This document shows, piece after piece, positions 36,665 to 48,632 of a stretch of DNA of 64,000 nt. Numbering within the stretch: the first letter of the stretch is position 1; each line of letters opens with the position of its first letter. The position numbers were made by a program, and so were the translations under genes. The DNA lies in contig NC_086098.1 in the NCBI RefSeq assembly GCF_963921235.1, forward strand, positions 8,184,001 to 8,248,000. The letters run 5' to 3'. Source of the DNA: Mobula hypostoma (taxonomy: Eukaryota). The notes under the pieces were generated by a model, which had not been told where the DNA came from, ran no database searches, and was given only the letters and a program-made list of their open reading frames with translations.

Positions 36665-37005
36665 AAAATATCTGCAGATGCTAGAAATCCAAGCAACGCA
36701 TAGAAACTTAGAAAATCTACAGCAGAATACAGGCCCTTCAGCCCACAATGCTGCGCCGAACATGTCCTTACCTTAGAAATTACCTAGGGTTACCCAGAGC
36801 CCTTTATTTTTATGAGCTCCACGCACCTGTCCAGGATTCATACATAAGATGCTGGAGGAACTCAGCAGGCCAGGCAGCATCTATGGGAAAGAGTAAACAG
36901 TCGTCGTTTCAGGCTGAAACCCTTTCATCAGGACTAGAAAAACGGATGAGAAGATAATTCAAGAAGGCGGGGGGAGGGGAGGAAGAATTACAAGGTGGTA
37001 GGTGA
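36665..37005 (-). mobile_element. Penelope-type tail with hammerhead motif, interrupted by a CR1 tail (~36700-36835)
   Basis: Minus strand TAGTC-CTGATGA-AAGGGTTTCAGCCT-GAAA-CGAC-GACTG at 36898-36936. Confidence 0.7.
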
Positions 37006-37735
37006 TAGAGGCCTTGAAAGTGAGTCTATAGGTTGTGGAATCAGTTCAGTGTTGAGGTGAGTGAAGTTATCCACGCTGTTCCTGAACCTGGTGGGGTGGG
37101 ACCTTTTTCTGAATGGCAGCAGTAAGGTGACAGCATGGCCAGGATTGACAGAATTACAGGTATTTAAATATTTAGACCTACTTTCGCAATGGTTAAATGA
37201 AAGATGATTAACTGCAAACACTAGAAATCTGAACTAAAAATAGAAAATTCTCAAAACGCTTGGATGATCAGGCAGCATAGGTGGAAGGAGAAACAGAGTT
37301 CAAAGTTCAAAGTTAATGATCTAAGTGCTTTCAGCCTGAAAGAGGTAAAGTGTATAAACATGATTGCTTAAGTTGCCGAAATGTTGGTGATAGAAATGTA
37401 TCCAAAGAGAATATCTCTGTGAAGGTGACATCATGGTTATTATGGGAGCAATTTGGTGACGAAAGCATCTGGCTGGCAAGGTTATTTGTTTATTTCCTTA
37501 TTTATTTAGCAATACAGCACAGAGGCGACCCTTCCGGCTCTTCAAATCACATCACCTCAGCAACCCCACAACCCCAATTTACCCTAATCTAATTTGTCAC
37601 GAGACAATTTACAATGATCAGTTAACCTACCCTTTATTATCTTTCAAGCACCAGACCCGAAGAAGGTCTTTACCTGAAACATTGACTGCTTATTCATTTC
37701 CATAGGTGTTGCCTGACCTAAAGAGGCCCTACAGC

Positions 37736-37737
<2 letters not shown>

Positions 37738-37774
<37 letters not shown>
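37738..37774. repeat. (TG)n microsatellite inside a Penelope-type tail (~37640-37790)
   Basis: Expansion of the cagcattttgtgtgtgtt motif found in sister copies. Confidence 0.95.
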
Positions 37775-37778
<4 letters not shown>

Positions 37779-38026
37779 TTGCATTTCCATTTATGACTTA
37801 TCTACCCGGTACATCTTTGAGGAAACAAGAGTACCCGTGGTGCCCACGGTAATGAGGGCAGTTATCGTGTAACAGTTGTGAAATGCAAGTCAGAGCTGTA
37901 GGAACTGCTGAGCAGATCAGACCGCGAATGTGGGGAGATAAGTATGCAACATAAAAGAAGACGCCGTTAGAAAGTTTGCTGACTGACTAGTTATGAGTCA
38001 TATTAACGTAAATGACCTCTACCATA

Positions 38027-38460
38027 GGCAGCACGGTACCATGATGCTTTATGGTGCCAGAAATCCCAGTTCAATTCCTGTCGCTGTCTTTAGGGAGTTT
38101 ATACATTCTCTCCATAATTCTGTGGGTTTCTCCAGGTGCTCCAGTTTCCTCCCATGTTTCAAATTCCCGCCGCTGTCTATAAGGAGTTTGTACATTCTCC
38201 CTGTGACCATGTGGGTTTCCTCCCACAATCCAAATCCTCGCCGCTGTCTGTAAGGAATTTATACGTTCCCTCGATGCGCACATGAGATTCCTCCGGGTGC
38301 TCCAGTTTCCTCCCACAGTCCAAAGATGTACCAGTTGGTAGGTTAATTGGCCATTGTAAACTGCCCTGTGATAAGGCTGGAGTTAAATCGGTGGTTGCTG
38401 GGCAGTGCGACTTGAGGGGCCGGAAGAGCCCGTTACTGTGCTGTATCTCTAAATAAAATA
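38027..38460 (+). mobile_element. V-SINE/HE1-like SINE with triplicated B-box/core module
   Basis: ggcagcacggt head; three units starting near 38070, 38158 and 38229; tgtgctgtatctctaaataaaata tail. Confidence 0.75.
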
Positions 38461-38494
38461 CGTGAAAATGAGACTACTTTGGGAGAAATAATAA

Positions 38495-39822
38495 AACATT
38501 GATGAAGGTAGAGCCATATTTGTAGTGTATATGGATTTTAGCAAGGTGTTTGATAAGGTATCCCATGCAAGGCTGACAGTTTAAGAGCTGAGAGGTAATG
38601 TTGCAGCTATATAGGACCCTAGTCAGACCTCACTTGGAGTACTGTGCTCAGTTCTGGTCGCCTCACTACAGAAGGTTGTGGAAACCATAGAAAGGGTGCA
38701 GAGGAGATTTAGATTAGATTAGATTAAACTTTATTGTAATTGTGCCAAGTACAGATACAAAGCCAATGAAATTCATTTAGCATCTGACCAGAAATGCAAG
38801 GAATAGTGTTATTTACAAAATAACTGTGAATAAAAAGTGCTACAGCACACAAATATAGAAGTACTGAGACAGTACAATATGGGTGCAATACTGCTCAGCG
38901 CTGTGATGTGAGGTTCAGCAGGGTCACAGCCTCAGGGAAGAAGCTCTTCCTGTGCCTGCTGGTGCGGGAGCGGAGGCTCCTGTAGTACCTACCGGATGGG
39001 AGGAGAGTAAAAGATCTATGGTTAGGGTGAGATGCATCCTTGATAATGTTTTTCGCTCTGCCCAGGCAGCGTTTATGGTAGGTGTTCTCAATGGTGGGCA
39101 ATTGGGTGCCAGTAATCCGCTGGGAAGTTTTCACCACATGCTGGGGTGCTTTGCGAGGATGTTGCCTGGATTGGGGAGCATGCTTTCTGAGAATAGGTTG
39201 AGTGAACTCAGCCTTTTCTCCTTGGAGCGACGGAGGATGAGAGGTGACCTGATAGGGGTGTACAAGATAATGAGAGGCACTGATCGTGTGGATAGCCAAA
39301 GGCCTTTCCCCAGGGCTGAAATGGCTAGCACGAGAGGACATAGTTTTAAGGTGCTTGGAAGTAGGTACAGAGGAGATGTCAGGGGTAAGTTTTTTTATGC
39401 AGAGAGTGGTGAGTGCATGGAATGGGCTGCCGGCGGCAGCGGTGGAGATGGAAACGATAGGGTCTTTCAAGAGACTCCTGGATGGCTACATGGAGCTTTG
39501 AAAAATAGAGGGCTATGGGTAAAGCCTAGGTAGTGGAGGCAGTGGAGGCCAATTCTCTGGATGCTTTCAAGAAAGAGTTAGATAGTGCCCTTAAAGATAG
39601 CGGAGTGAAGGGATATGGGGAGAAGGCAGGAACAGAGTACTGATTGTGGATGATCAGCCATGATCGCAGTGAATGGTGGTGCTGTCTCGAAGGGCTGAAT
39701 GGCCTACTCCTGCACCTATTATCTATTGTCTATTGTCCATTGTAGTTCTCAGGTAGGGACATGTTAGGCACAGCTTTGTGGGCCGAAGAACCTGTAATGT
39801 GCTGTATGTTTTCTATGTTTCC
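38495..39822 (+). mobile_element. Deleted CR1 3' portion with nested Rex1 fragment and nested CR1 tail (~39533-39745)
   Basis: [28 protein letters not shown], tail. Confidence 0.85.
38711..39140 (-). mobile_element. Rex1/Babar-like LINE 3' end
   Basis: IIKDASHPNHRSFTLLPSGRYYRSLRSRTSRHRKSFFPEAVTLLN; (aatct)n tail. Confidence 0.85.
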
Positions 39823-40066
39823 ATGACTAGTGTGTACTTAATATTTCAGTGATCTTGTGTATATATTTTTTGATTAAGCATTCTTGTTTGTATAAATAAT
39901 TCATTATCGGTTATATGTATAAATATGTGAACTAAATATGTCACCACACTACCACGTGACACGTGTGTGCCTCACTAATAGGTAAACAAAAAGTTAGACC
40001 AGCATTCCTGGACTCCCGTGTCTTACTTTGAATTAGTTTAATGTTTTGAATTTACAAAACATGACA
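39823..40066 (+). mobile_element. LTR 3' fragment
   Basis: AT-rich, ends ...aaaacatgaca; 5' end cut off by CR1. Confidence 0.4.
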
Positions 40067-40320
40067 ACTATGTTGCTGGAAGTCTGAAATGAAAATAAAT
40101 GTTTGACATAATGAACGGGTCAGATACCGCATGTGGGGAGTTAGACTTCCTGGTCAATGAAATGAAGCAAGTTAGAACTATATCAATTTTCAGACCGAGG
40201 GAATGGGTCATTGGTGTGAAGAAGACTGCAACATGGTGAAGAAAGCTGAGGCAAGAGATGATGATATGACTGAATCATAATTGACCTCACGGAAGGCAGA
40301 TTCTTCTGCACTCCAGAATT

Positions 40321-40989
40321 AGATTTTAGATTATGAGGACACTCAGTCCTCGCTTATTGTCATTTAGAAATGCATGCGTTAAGAAATGATACAATGTTCC
40401 TCCAAAGTGATATCACAAAAAAAACAGGATAAACCAAAGACTAACACTGACAAGACCACATAATTATAACATATAGTTACAGCAGTGCAAAGCAATACCA
40501 TAGTTTGATAAAGAGCAGACCATGGGCACGGTAAAAAAAGTCTCAAAGTTCTGATTGACTTCCAATAGTCCCAATAGCAGGCGGCAAAAGGGAGAAACTC
40601 TCCCTGCCATAAACTTCCAGGCACCGACAACTGCCAATGCATTAGAAGCACCCGACCACAGCCGACTCTGAGTCCAACGGAAAAATTCGAGCCTCTGACC
40701 AGCCCCTCCGATACAGCCTCCCAAGCACCATCCTCTGCCAAGCACTTCGACCTCGCCCCGGCCACCAAGCAACAAGCAAAGCCGAGGACTCAGGGCCTTC
40801 TCCTCCGGAGATTCTGGATCACACAGTAGCAGTGGCAGCAAAGAAGACATTTCAGAAGTTTCTCCAGATGTTCCTCTGTGTTCTCACATCCATCTCCATC
40901 AAATCAGGATTGTGCACGGCACACTACTTGACAGATTACAGATAGCATTCACCAGAGTGGCCGCTGCGCGCTGCGTCGCGCCGACATCT
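40321..40989 (-). mobile_element. Young non-coding retroposon (Rex1/Babar-type 5' and 3' ends)
   Basis: 6-bp TSD agaatt at 40315-40320 and 40990-40995; CpG-rich 5' end agatgtcggcgcgacgcagc; aatct tail. Confidence 0.65.
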
Positions 40990-41467
40990 AGAATTCAAGA
41001 ATTCTACTTGAGTTGACAAAATCTTGTGATTGGGCATTGGAGGAGCATTTGGCAATACACAAAATGTACAAATTAGGTGTTTAAGTTCATAGAGGAAGCA
41101 ATTGTGTATTCAACCAATTAACATTTGACATGTCAAGTGATTCAATAAAAAATTATTTCAATCATAAAAAATATCTCCAGTTATCATCCAATATTTGTAA
41201 ATCTTTCCTCATTCAAACAATAAATTGGGTACTATGCAGTACATATGAATATTATTCTACACTTCTGTTGACATTTTAATAAAAATGTTCATATTAAAAC
41301 TGTATAAAGGTGGCATAGATTTATGAAATTACTGAATCTATCAATGCACTGAAGCTGAATTAGCATCAGTTGACACAGTCATTAACTTCAGGCGCTCCTT
41401 TGGTCATATTAATGCAACCAAATAAATCTATATCAACATAAAGGGGAAAAATTGTCAAGGTCTGTTT

Positions 41468-43217
41468 ACATAGAAACATAGAAACATAGAAAATAGGTGC
41501 AGGAGTAGGCCATTCGGCCCTTCGAGCCTGCAACGCCATTTATTATGATCATGGCTGATCATCCAACTCAGAACCCCGCCCCAGCCTTCCCTCCATACCC
41601 CCTGACCCCTGTAGCCACACGGGCCATATCTAACTCCCTCTTAAACATAGCCAATGAACTGGCCTCAACAGTTTGCTGTGGCAGAGAATTCCACAGATTC
41701 ACCACTCTCTGTGTGAAGAAGTTTTTCCTAATCTCGGTCCTAAAAGGCTTCCCCTCTATCCTCAAACTGTGACCCCTCGTTCTGGACTTCCCCAACATCG
41801 GGAACAATCTTCCTGCATCTAGCCTGTCCAATCCCTTTAGGATCTTATACGTTTCAATCAGATCCCCCCTCAATCTTCTAAATTCCAACGAGTACAAGCC
41901 CAGTTCATCCAGTCTTTCTTCATATGAAAGTCCTGCCATCCCAGGAATCAATCTGGTGAACCTTCTTTGTACTCCCTCTATGGCAAAGATGTCTTTCCTC
42001 AGATTAGGGGACCAAAACTGCACACAATAATCCAGGTGTGGTCTCACCAAGGCCTTGTACAACTGCAGTAGTACCTCCCTGCTCCTGTACTCGAATCCTC
42101 TCACTATAAATGCCAGCATACCATTCGCCTTTTTCACCGCCTGCTGTACCTCCATGCCCACTTTCAATGACTGGTGTATAATGACACCCAGGTCTCGTTG
42201 CACCTCCCCTTTTCCTAATCGGCCACCATTCAGATAATAATCTGTTTTCCTATTTTTGCCACCAAAGTGGATAACTTCACATTTATCCACATTAAATTGC
42301 ATCTGCCATGAGTTTGCCCGCTCACCCAACCTATCCAAGTCACCCTGCATCCTCTTAGCATCCTCCTCACTGCTAACACTGCCGCCCAGCTTCGTGTCAT
42401 CCGCAAACTTGGAGATGCTGCATTTAATTCCCTCATCCAAGTCATTAATATATATTGTAAACAACTGGGGTCCCAGCACTGAGCCTTGCGGTACCCCACT
42501 AGTCACCGCCTGCCATTCTGAAAAGATCCCGTTTATTCCCACTCTTTGCTTCCTGTCTGCTAACCAATTCTCCACCCACACCAATACCTTACCCCCAATA
42601 CCGTGTGCTTTAAGTTTGCACACTAATCTCCTGTGTGGGACCTTGTCAAAAGCCTTTTGAAAATCCAAATATACCACATCCACTGGTTCTCCCCTATCCA
42701 CTCTACTAGTTACATCCTCAAAAAATTCTATGAGATTCGTCAGACATGATTTTCCTTTCACAAATCCATGCTGACTTTGTCCGATCATTTCTCCGCTTTC
42801 CAAATGTGCTGTTATCACATCCTTGATAACTGACTCCAGCAGTTTCCCCACCACCGACGTTAGGCTAACCGGTCTATAATTCCCTGGTTTCTCTCTCCCT
42901 CCTTTTTTAAAAATTGGGGTTACATTAGCCACCCTCCAATCCTCAGGAACTAGTCCAGAATCTAACGAGTTTTGAAAAATTATCACTAATGCATCCACTA
43001 TTTCTTGGGCTACTTCCTTAAGCACTCTAGGATGCAGACCATCTGGCCCTGGGGATTTATCTGCCTTCAATCCCTTCAATTTACCTAACACCACTTCCCT
43101 ACTAACATGTATTTCACTCAGTTCCTCCATCTCACTGGACCCTCTGTCCCTTACTATTTCTGGAAGATTATTTATGTCCTCCTTAGTGAAGACAGAACCA
43201 AAGTAATTATTCAATTG
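41468..43217 (-). mobile_element. Young 5'-truncated CR1 LINE
   Basis: (tttctatg)n tail, 3'UTR hairpin, uninterrupted RT reading frame. Confidence 0.97.
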
Positions 43218-43235
43218 ATCATAAGTTTGAATCAT
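41568..43235 (-). CDS. CR1 ORF2 RT domain and C-terminus, intact but lacking endonuclease (ATG lies in flanking DNA)
   Basis: 555-aa ORF: KSPGPDG, NYRPVSLTS, YLDFQKAFDKV, GVPQGSVLGP, KFADDTK. Expression not implied. Confidence 0.8.
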   Translation of the reverse strand: MIQTYDQLNNYFGSVFTKEDINNLPEIVRDRGSSEMEELSEIHVSREVVLGKLKGLKADKSPGPDGLHPRVLKEVAQEIVDALVIIFQNSLDSGLVPEDWRVANVTPIFKKGGREKPGNYRPVSLTSVVGKLLESVIKDVITAHLESGEMIGQSQHGFVKGKSCLTNLIEFFEDVTSRVDRGEPVDVVYLDFQKAFDKVPHRRLVCKLKAHGIGGKVLVWVENWLADRKQRVGINGIFSEWQAVTSGVPQGSVLGPQLFTIYINDLDEGIKCSISKFADDTKLGGSVSSEEDAKRMQGDLDRLGERANSWQMQFNVDKCEVIHFGGKNRKTDYYLNGGRLGKGEVQRDLGVIIHQSLKVGMEVQQAVKKANGMLAFIVRGFEYRSREVLLQLYKALVRPHLDYCVQFWSPNLRKDIFAIEGVQRRFTRLIPGMAGLSYEERLDELGLYSLEFRRLRGDLIETYKILKGLDRLDAGRLFPMLGKSRTRGHSLRIEGKPFRTEIRKNFFTQRVVNLWNSLPQQTVEASSLAMFKRELDMARVATGVRGYGGKAGAGF

Positions 43236-44991
43236 AAGTTTGATTTGCTAATTGTCCTTATGTAATGAATAAACTGGAAAATCATGTTGTATTTATTCAT
43301 ATTTACTCTATTTCACATTATATTTGAATGGAGTATATTTATTTATTTCCTGCCCTTTGAGCTCACCACCCAGCAATCCCTTGATTTAATCCAAGCCTAA
43401 CAATGGGACAATTTATAATGACCAATTAGTCTACCAACCAGTATGTCTTTGGAATATGGGAGAAAATTCCACTTGTCCCTCCGAAATTGTATAGAAGAAT
43501 TCTGAAGAGAAAATATCTGTCTATTTATTTATTTGTTTGCTTGTTTGTTTGTTTGTTTATTTAGCGGTACATTGCGGCATAGGCCTTTCAGCCCAATGAG
43601 CCGCACTGCCAAGCAACCCACTTACCTAAACCTTCCCGAACTACAAAACAATTTACAATGGACAACTCACCTACTAACTGATATGTCTTTGGACTGTGTC
43701 AGGAAACCCACACAGTCACAGGGAAAACTTACAAACCCCTTTTGGGCAGCGATGGGAATTGAACTCAGGTTGCCTGTACTGTAAGGCTTTGTGCTAATCT
43801 CTAGGCTACCATGCCACACCAAGAATTAAAACATAGAAACACAGAAAACTTACAGCACAATATAGGTCCTTCGGCCCATTCATAGATCCTGCTTCTCAGG
43901 ATCTTCTCCATCAACTTACCAACTACTGAAGTAAGACTCACTGATCTATAATTTCCTGGGCTATCTCGACTCCCTTTCTTGAATAAGAAAGAATACTTGC
44001 AACCCTCCAGTCCTCCGGAACCTCTTCCATCCCCATTGATGATGCAAAGATCATCGCCAGAAGCTCAGCAGTCTCCTCCCTCGCCTCCCACAGTAACATG
44101 GATTACATCTCATCCGGTCCCGGTGACTTATCCAACTTGATGTTTTCCTAAAGCTCCAACACATCCTCTTTCTTAATGTCTATATGCTCAAGCTTTTCAG
44201 TCCATTGTATGTCATCCTTACAATTGCCAAGATCCTTTTTCGTAGTGAATACAAAAGAACTGTATTCATTAAGTACCTCTGCTATCTCCGTCAGTTCCAT
44301 ACACGTTTCCACATCTCTCTCTTGATTGATCCTAATCACTCGTATCTTATCCTCTTGCTCTTTACACACTTGCAGAATGCCTTGGGGTTTTCCTTAATCC
44401 TGTCCGCCAAAACCATCTCATGGCCCCTTCTGGCTCTCCTAATTTCATTCTTAAACTCCTTCCTGCTAGCCTTATAATCTTCTAGATCTCTATCATTACC
44501 TAGTTTTTTGAACCTGTTGTAATCTCTTCTTTTTTTCTTGACTAGATTTACAACAGCCTTTGTACACCACGGTTCCTGTACCCTACCCTGTCTCATTGGA
44601 ACATACCTATGCAGAACTCCATGCAAATATCCTGTGAACATTTGCCACATTTCTTTCATACGTTTCCCTGAGAAAATCTGTTTCCAATTTATGCTTCCAA
44701 GTTCCTGCCTGATAGCCTCATATCTCCCCTTACTCCAATTAAACATTTTCCTAACTTGTCTGTTCCTATCCCTCTCCAATGCTATGGTAAAGGAGATAGA
44801 ATTGTGATCACTATCTCCAAAATGCTCTCCCACTGAGAGACATGAAACCTGACCAGGGTCATTTCCCAATACCAGATCAAGTACAGCCTCTCCGCTTGTA
44901 GGCTTATCTACATATTGTGTCAAGAAAACTTCCTGAACTCACCTAACAAACTCCACCCCATCTAAACCCCTCACTATATGGAGATGTCAAT

Positions 44992-45614
44992 CTCCCACCC
45001 TCCATCCTCACCACATTCTACAGAGGTTGTATTGAGAGCATCCTGAGCAGCTGCATCACTGCCTGGTTCAGAAATTGCACCATCTTAGATCTCAAGACCC
45101 TGCAGCGGATAGTGAGGTCAGCTGAGAAGATCAGCGGGGCCTCTCTTCCCGCCATTACAGACATTTACACCGGACGCTGCATCCGTAAAGCAAACAGCAT
45201 TATGAAGGATCCCACACACCCCTCATATAAACTCTTCTCCCTCCTGCCATCTGGCAAAAGGCACCAAAGCATTCGGGTTCTCATGACCAGACTATGTAAC
45301 CGTTTCTTCCCCCAAGCCATCAGACTCCTCAATACCCAGAGCCTGGACTGACACCAACCTACTGCCCTCTACTGTGTCTATTGTCTTGTTTATTATTTAT
45401 TATAGTGCCTGCAGTGTTTTGTTCACATAATGCAGTCCTGGGTAGGTCTGTAGTCTAGTGTAGTTTTGTTTTGTTTTACGTAGTTCAGTGTAGTTTTTGT
45501 ATCGTTTCATGTAGCACCATGGTCCTGAAAAACGTTGTCTCATTTTTATTGTGTACTGTACCAGCAGTTATGGTCGAAATGACAATAAAAAGTGACTTGA
45601 CTTGACTTGACTTG
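44992..45614 (+). mobile_element. Rex1/Babar-like LINE 3' end
   Basis: IMKDPTHPSYKLFSLLPSGKR...FFPQAIRLLN; (gactt)n tail. Confidence 0.85.
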
Positions 45615-45746
45615 ATATTTGGGAAATTAAAATCTCCCACCACAACAACCATATTATTATTACACCTTTCCAGAATTGTCTCCCTATCTGCTCCTCGGTG
45701 TCCCTGTTACTATTGAGTGGTCTATAAAAAATGCCCAGTAGAGTTA

Positions 45747-46673
45747 CTAAGCCCTTCCTGGTCCTAGCTTCCACCCACAGAGACTCCGTACACAATTCCT
45801 CCACATCTTTCTCCTTTTCTTAGCCGTAACACTATCTCTGATCATCAGTGCCACACCCCAACCTCTTTTGCCTCCCTCCTTGTCCTTTCTGAAACATCTA
45901 AAGCCTGGCACTCGAAGTAACCATTCCTGCCCCTGAGCCATCCAAGTCTCTGTAATGGCCACAACATCATAGCTCCAAGTACTGATCCACACTCTAAGCT
46001 CGTTCGCTTTGTTCATAATACTCCTTGCATTAAAATAGACACATCTCAATCTATTGGTCTGAGCACATCCCTTCTTGATCACCTGCCTATCCTCCCTCTT
46101 GCACTGCCTCCAAGCTTTCGCTATTTGTGAGCCAACTGCCTCTTCCTCCATCTCTTTACCTCGGTTCTCACCCCCCAACAATTCTAGTTTAATGGCCTTT
46201 GCAAACCTCCCAGCCAGGATATTGGTCCCCCTCTGATTCAAGTGCAACCTGTCCTTTTTATACAGGTCACACTTACCCCAAAAGAGGTCCCAATGATCCA
46301 GAAATCTGAATCCCTGCCCCCTGCTCCAATCTCTTAGCCACACATTCATCCTCCACCTCATTCTATTGCTATACTCACTGTTGCATGGCACAGGCAGTAA
46401 TCCTGAGATTACTACCTTTGAGGTCCTGCTTCTCAACTTCCTTCCTAACTCCCTGTAGTCTGTTTTCAGGACCTCCTCCCTTTTCCTACTTATGTCATTG
46501 GTATCAATATGTACCATCTCCACTGGCTGTTCTCCCTCCCACTGCAGGATATCGTGGATGCAGTCAGAAGCATCCTGGACCCTGGCACCTGGGAGGCAAA
46601 CTACCATCTGTGCTTCTTTCCTGCGTCCACAGAATCGCCTGTCTAACCCCCTAACTATAGAGTCCCCTATCAC
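45747..46673 (-). pseudogene. CR1 ORF1 SGNH/GDSL esterase read through into the ORF2 endonuclease N-terminus
   Basis: IGDS, CLPGA, HIDTND, DRLHLN followed by CVYFNARS, AITETW; fusion caused by an ~11-nt deletion near 46192. Confidence 0.85.
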
Positions 46674-47067
46674 TGCTGCCTTTCCCTACCCTTCTGAGCC
46701 ACAGGGCCAGACTCTGTGTCAGAGGCACAGCCACTGTTGCTTCCCCCAGGTAGGTTTCCCCCCCAACAGTACTCAAACTTATTGTTAAGGGGGACAGCCA
46801 CTGGGGTACTCTCTAGCATCTGACTCTTGCTTTTCCCTCTCCTGACTGTTACCCACTTGTCTGTCTCCTGAGGCCCCGGTGTGACCACCTGCCTATAGCT
46901 CCTCTCTATCACCTCCTCACTCTCCCTGACCAGACAAAGGTCATCGAGCTGCATCTCCAGTTCCCCAACGCGGTCCCTAAGGAGTTGTACCTACTCATTT
47001 CCATTGGGAAACTGTTTTACTAATTTTAAGTAGGGAGTATAATCTGGAGGTAGATCTTTCTTTTTAG

Positions 47068-47350
47068 GGTCACCGTTGTAACGTAGTGGTTAGCGCAACA
47101 CTCTTACAACTCAGGTCATCAGAGTCTGGAGTTCCATTCTAACATTGTCTGTGAGGGGTTCGTGTGTTCTCCCCGTGTTCGCATGGGTTTCCTCCCACAC
47201 TCCAAAGGCGTACCAGTTGGTAAGTTAATTAGTCATTGTAAGTTATCCTGTGATTAGGCTCGGATTGAATTGGGGAATTGCTGGCCTGTGCGGCTCGAAG
47301 GACCGGAAGGGTCTACTCCTCGCTATATCCTGATAAATCAATAATAAATA
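47068..47350 (+). mobile_element. V-SINE/HE1-like SINE
   Basis: A-box-like taacgtagtggttagc; core gttctccccgtg...gggtttcctcccacactccaaag; CR1-like tail. Confidence 0.75.
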
Positions 47351-47967
47351 AACAACAAAGAATAGTACAGCACCGGAACAGGCCATTTGGCCTGTAAAGT
47401 TGTGCTGAACTAATTATATTAGTAATCAAACTGCTAACTAATCTCTTCTGCCTTTAGAACATTGAACAGTACAGCTTAAAAATTAGGTCCATTCAGTGAA
47501 AAGCCATTGATTCTTGTGAGGTTATTCTAGCTATTGAAATGTTCCTGCTCGTACCTCACAACATTGTCCCAAGAGGACTCATACAGTGCTGTAATGTTCT
47601 CTGCTCATACAGAGGAAACACAAGCCGTCACTGGGAGAACATGAAAACCTCACACGCACAGCGGCAGTGCTCAGGACTGAACGTGGGTCTCTGGCGTGGT
47701 GAGGCAGTGGCTCTGCCAGCTGCAGCACAATGTCTCCGATACCACAATGTCTGTTCTGCTGAGCCATTTGGTCTGGTAAGAATGCTGCACTCCATGCAGA
47801 GAACTGATTTTCTGGAGCCTGGTTCAATGGTATGATCCATTGGACGTTTTACTTGCTGGATGCTTCTTGCATTTTTAAGTAGATTATTCCTACACACATA
47901 AATATTTTAGCACGTCTGCACTATTCATATGTGCTAAAACATGTAAAAAGGTCTCCACTGACAGCTT

Positions 47968-48106
47968 GTGTTGATGAAGGGTCTTGTCCCGAAATAACGA
48001 CTGTTTATTCTCCTCCATAGATGCTGCCTGACTTGCTGATTTCCTCCAGCAGTTTGTGTGCATTGCACTGTATTTCCAGCATCTGCAGAATCTCTTGTAT
48101 TTATGA
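47968..48106 (+). mobile_element. 139-bp Penelope-type retroposon beginning at the hammerhead core
   Basis: 14-bp TSD tccactgacagctt at 47954-47967 and 48107-48120. Confidence 0.8.
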
Positions 48107-48165
48107 TCCACTGACAGCTTTGTGAGTTTCTCCAGTATGCAGATTCAGATTATTTATTACACATA

Positions 48166-48617
48166 CGATACTGTGCAAACATCTTAGACGCATTGACAGT
48201 ATACAGCTAGCGTTCCTGAGACATTTGCACAGTGCTGTAGTAATTTTATGTACTGCACTGTACTGGTGTTGTAAAAAAATTTCATGACAGCTGAGTGATG
48301 ATAAACCTGATTCTGATATGGGTCTCTGTTGTGGACTGAGAGTGGGAAGGGGGCAGGGAGAGGGGATTCATGGTAGGGAAAAGGAGAAGACAGAGGGGAG
48401 GGAGCGGGAAGCACCAGAGAGACATTCTGCAGTGATCTATAAACCAATATGGTGTCTGCACCCTCACCACCCTCTCCCCCAACATTCCTTTTCTGCCACC
48501 TATCCCACACCCTTCCTGTGCACTCCACCCACGTCATTTCCAACATTGCTTGCTCCCACCAGGCTTATAAATTCGCTCTCAACTCCATGTTGACAAATAC
48601 AGTACCGTGCCAAAGTC
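48166..48617 (+). mobile_element. Composite Tc1-like MITE (right end truncated)
   Basis: Left hairpin tactgtgcaaac...tttgcacagtg; cargo homologous to 20830-21255. Confidence 0.7.
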
Positions 48618-48632
48618 TCTTTCCCATCTTTC

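Larger units (their letters stand above)
43830..46985 (-). mobile_element. CR1 with ORF1+EN retained, most of RT deleted, Rex1 fragment nested
   Basis: ORF1 at 46184-46954, EN at 44336-46050, abrupt jump to the 3' tail near 43880. Confidence 0.9.

Noticed and set aside
41568..43235. 555-aa ORF as a host gene or autonomous element
   Set aside because: 5'-truncated CR1 without promoter, ORF1 or endonuclease; the ATG comes from flanking DNA.
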